Below are positions 62,993 to 64,000 of a stretch of DNA of 64,000 bases, piece after piece (the stretch's first letter is position 1; every line of letters starts with the position of its first letter). The stretch is taken from positions 77,066,001 to 77,130,000 of the forward strand of contig CM060732.1 in assembly GCA_030704615.1 (NCBI GenBank). Direction: 5' to 3'. A program made the position numbers and the translations under genes. The DNA is from Takakia lepidozioides (Eukaryota > Plantae > Bryophyta). Below the pieces are notes generated by a model that saw only the letters and a program-made list of their open reading frames with translations, was not told where the DNA came from and made no database searches.

Positions 62993-64000
62993 GCTAAGTG
63001 CGAGAGGCGGAAGTGAAAGAGGCAGCAAGGCCAGGCAAATGGGTGAGGGAGAGTGCGACGAGGCAATGGGGGATCTGAGGAAACTCAACGAGTTTGGGAG
63101 TGCTGAATGGCAGTGTCGTGTGGGGAGAGTATGTGTTCGGTGAGGCTGGAGAACATGACTTTTGGAGGGGGTAAGTCATGTGCTGCACGATTTCGGATGG
63201 GCACATGCATCTTGAGGAGCAAAAGGATACTGATTCCACCATCCGCTGAGGTGCGCATTGGTCCACATGTATGGACAACACATGCATGAATTGGAGGCAA
63301 TGTCTCTGATTGGCAGCCTCCACCCACATGACAGTAGGGCGGGAAAAAGTGGCGGGTGCTTTTGAGGGATGCGTCGTTTTGAATTGGCATTGCCACAGTC
63401 AGTATTCTCATTCTTGGTGGGATGTTTTGTTCACAAATGTGGTTGGAGAGGCATTATATTTATTGCTATCTGAACCCACTGGAGTGGGGGCAACATAGCT
63501 GCATTTTATGATGGACATAAAGCTTAGTCTTGACATTTTAGACATTTTGGGGTCCGAACGAACTTGTGTCCACATTGTTCCCTGTAACATGACCGGCAGC
63601 TCTGTCCTTGCACCTATGCTCTGCAATCATATAAATAACAACATTCCATGGGCATTGTATTCGTGCCAGTTGTGCATGCTCCCTTTCATGTGGAAGACAA
63701 GTATGGGTGATCGTTCTTCAATACCTTATGTATTGGACGCCAGAGAGCATTGGAAAATGTCTTTGAACCCTAAATGCTAGTCATTTGCTAAGGAAACAAT
63801 ACCAACTTCAACTGAAACAATTGTACATGGCCAGCAACTCAAAGTAGGTATTCAACTACAAAGATGCATGTAAATGTGTAAATTTGGAATGCCATCTTCA
63901 TTTGCAAATGCTTGCCTCATGATGGAGAAACTGAGTTCGAGCCCATGCATTTGAAGAAGGTCTCCTGATTCGAAATACCTACTGAACTACAGTGACCCAA

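Overview
Eukaryotic, intron-containing land-plant DNA, most likely from a lineage with flagellate sperm (bryophyte, lycophyte or fern). This is inferred from IFT122 exons plus PLS-class PPR, SUT and RLK sequences. The standout is at 1-8391: a Ty3/gypsy LTR retrotransposon whose polyprotein reads gag(2 zinc knuckles)-aspartic protease-complete DNMT3-like C5 cytosine methyltransferase-[UAG CAA CCA]-RT-RNaseH-integrase-PHD finger. It ends in a PPT and a 3' LTR whose first 85 bp are repeated exactly at its end. Once about 12 small indels are corrected, the only in-frame stop sits exactly between the methyltransferase and RT, in a perfect UAG-CAR-YYA readthrough context. Host genes are alpha-COP (9 coding exons, -), a head-to-head dienelactone hydrolase (+), an intronless SUT4-type sucrose transporter (-) and a PAK1IP1/MAK11-like WD40 gene (+). 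The remainder is TE and fragment-rich. It holds two decayed PIF/Harbinger elements, a Tourist MITE, a 1.48-kb near-perfect foldback element with a 6-bp TSD, a MULE-MITE, SINE/LINE ends and pseudogene fragments (RLK, ATG18b, IFT122, PPR, possibly SF3A3). From about 54 kb lies a probable large TE cargo block with a Ulp1/SENP protease gene, a stand-alone SGS3-type zf-XS protein and unidentified ORFs. All family calls come from motif recognition by eye; no database search was run.
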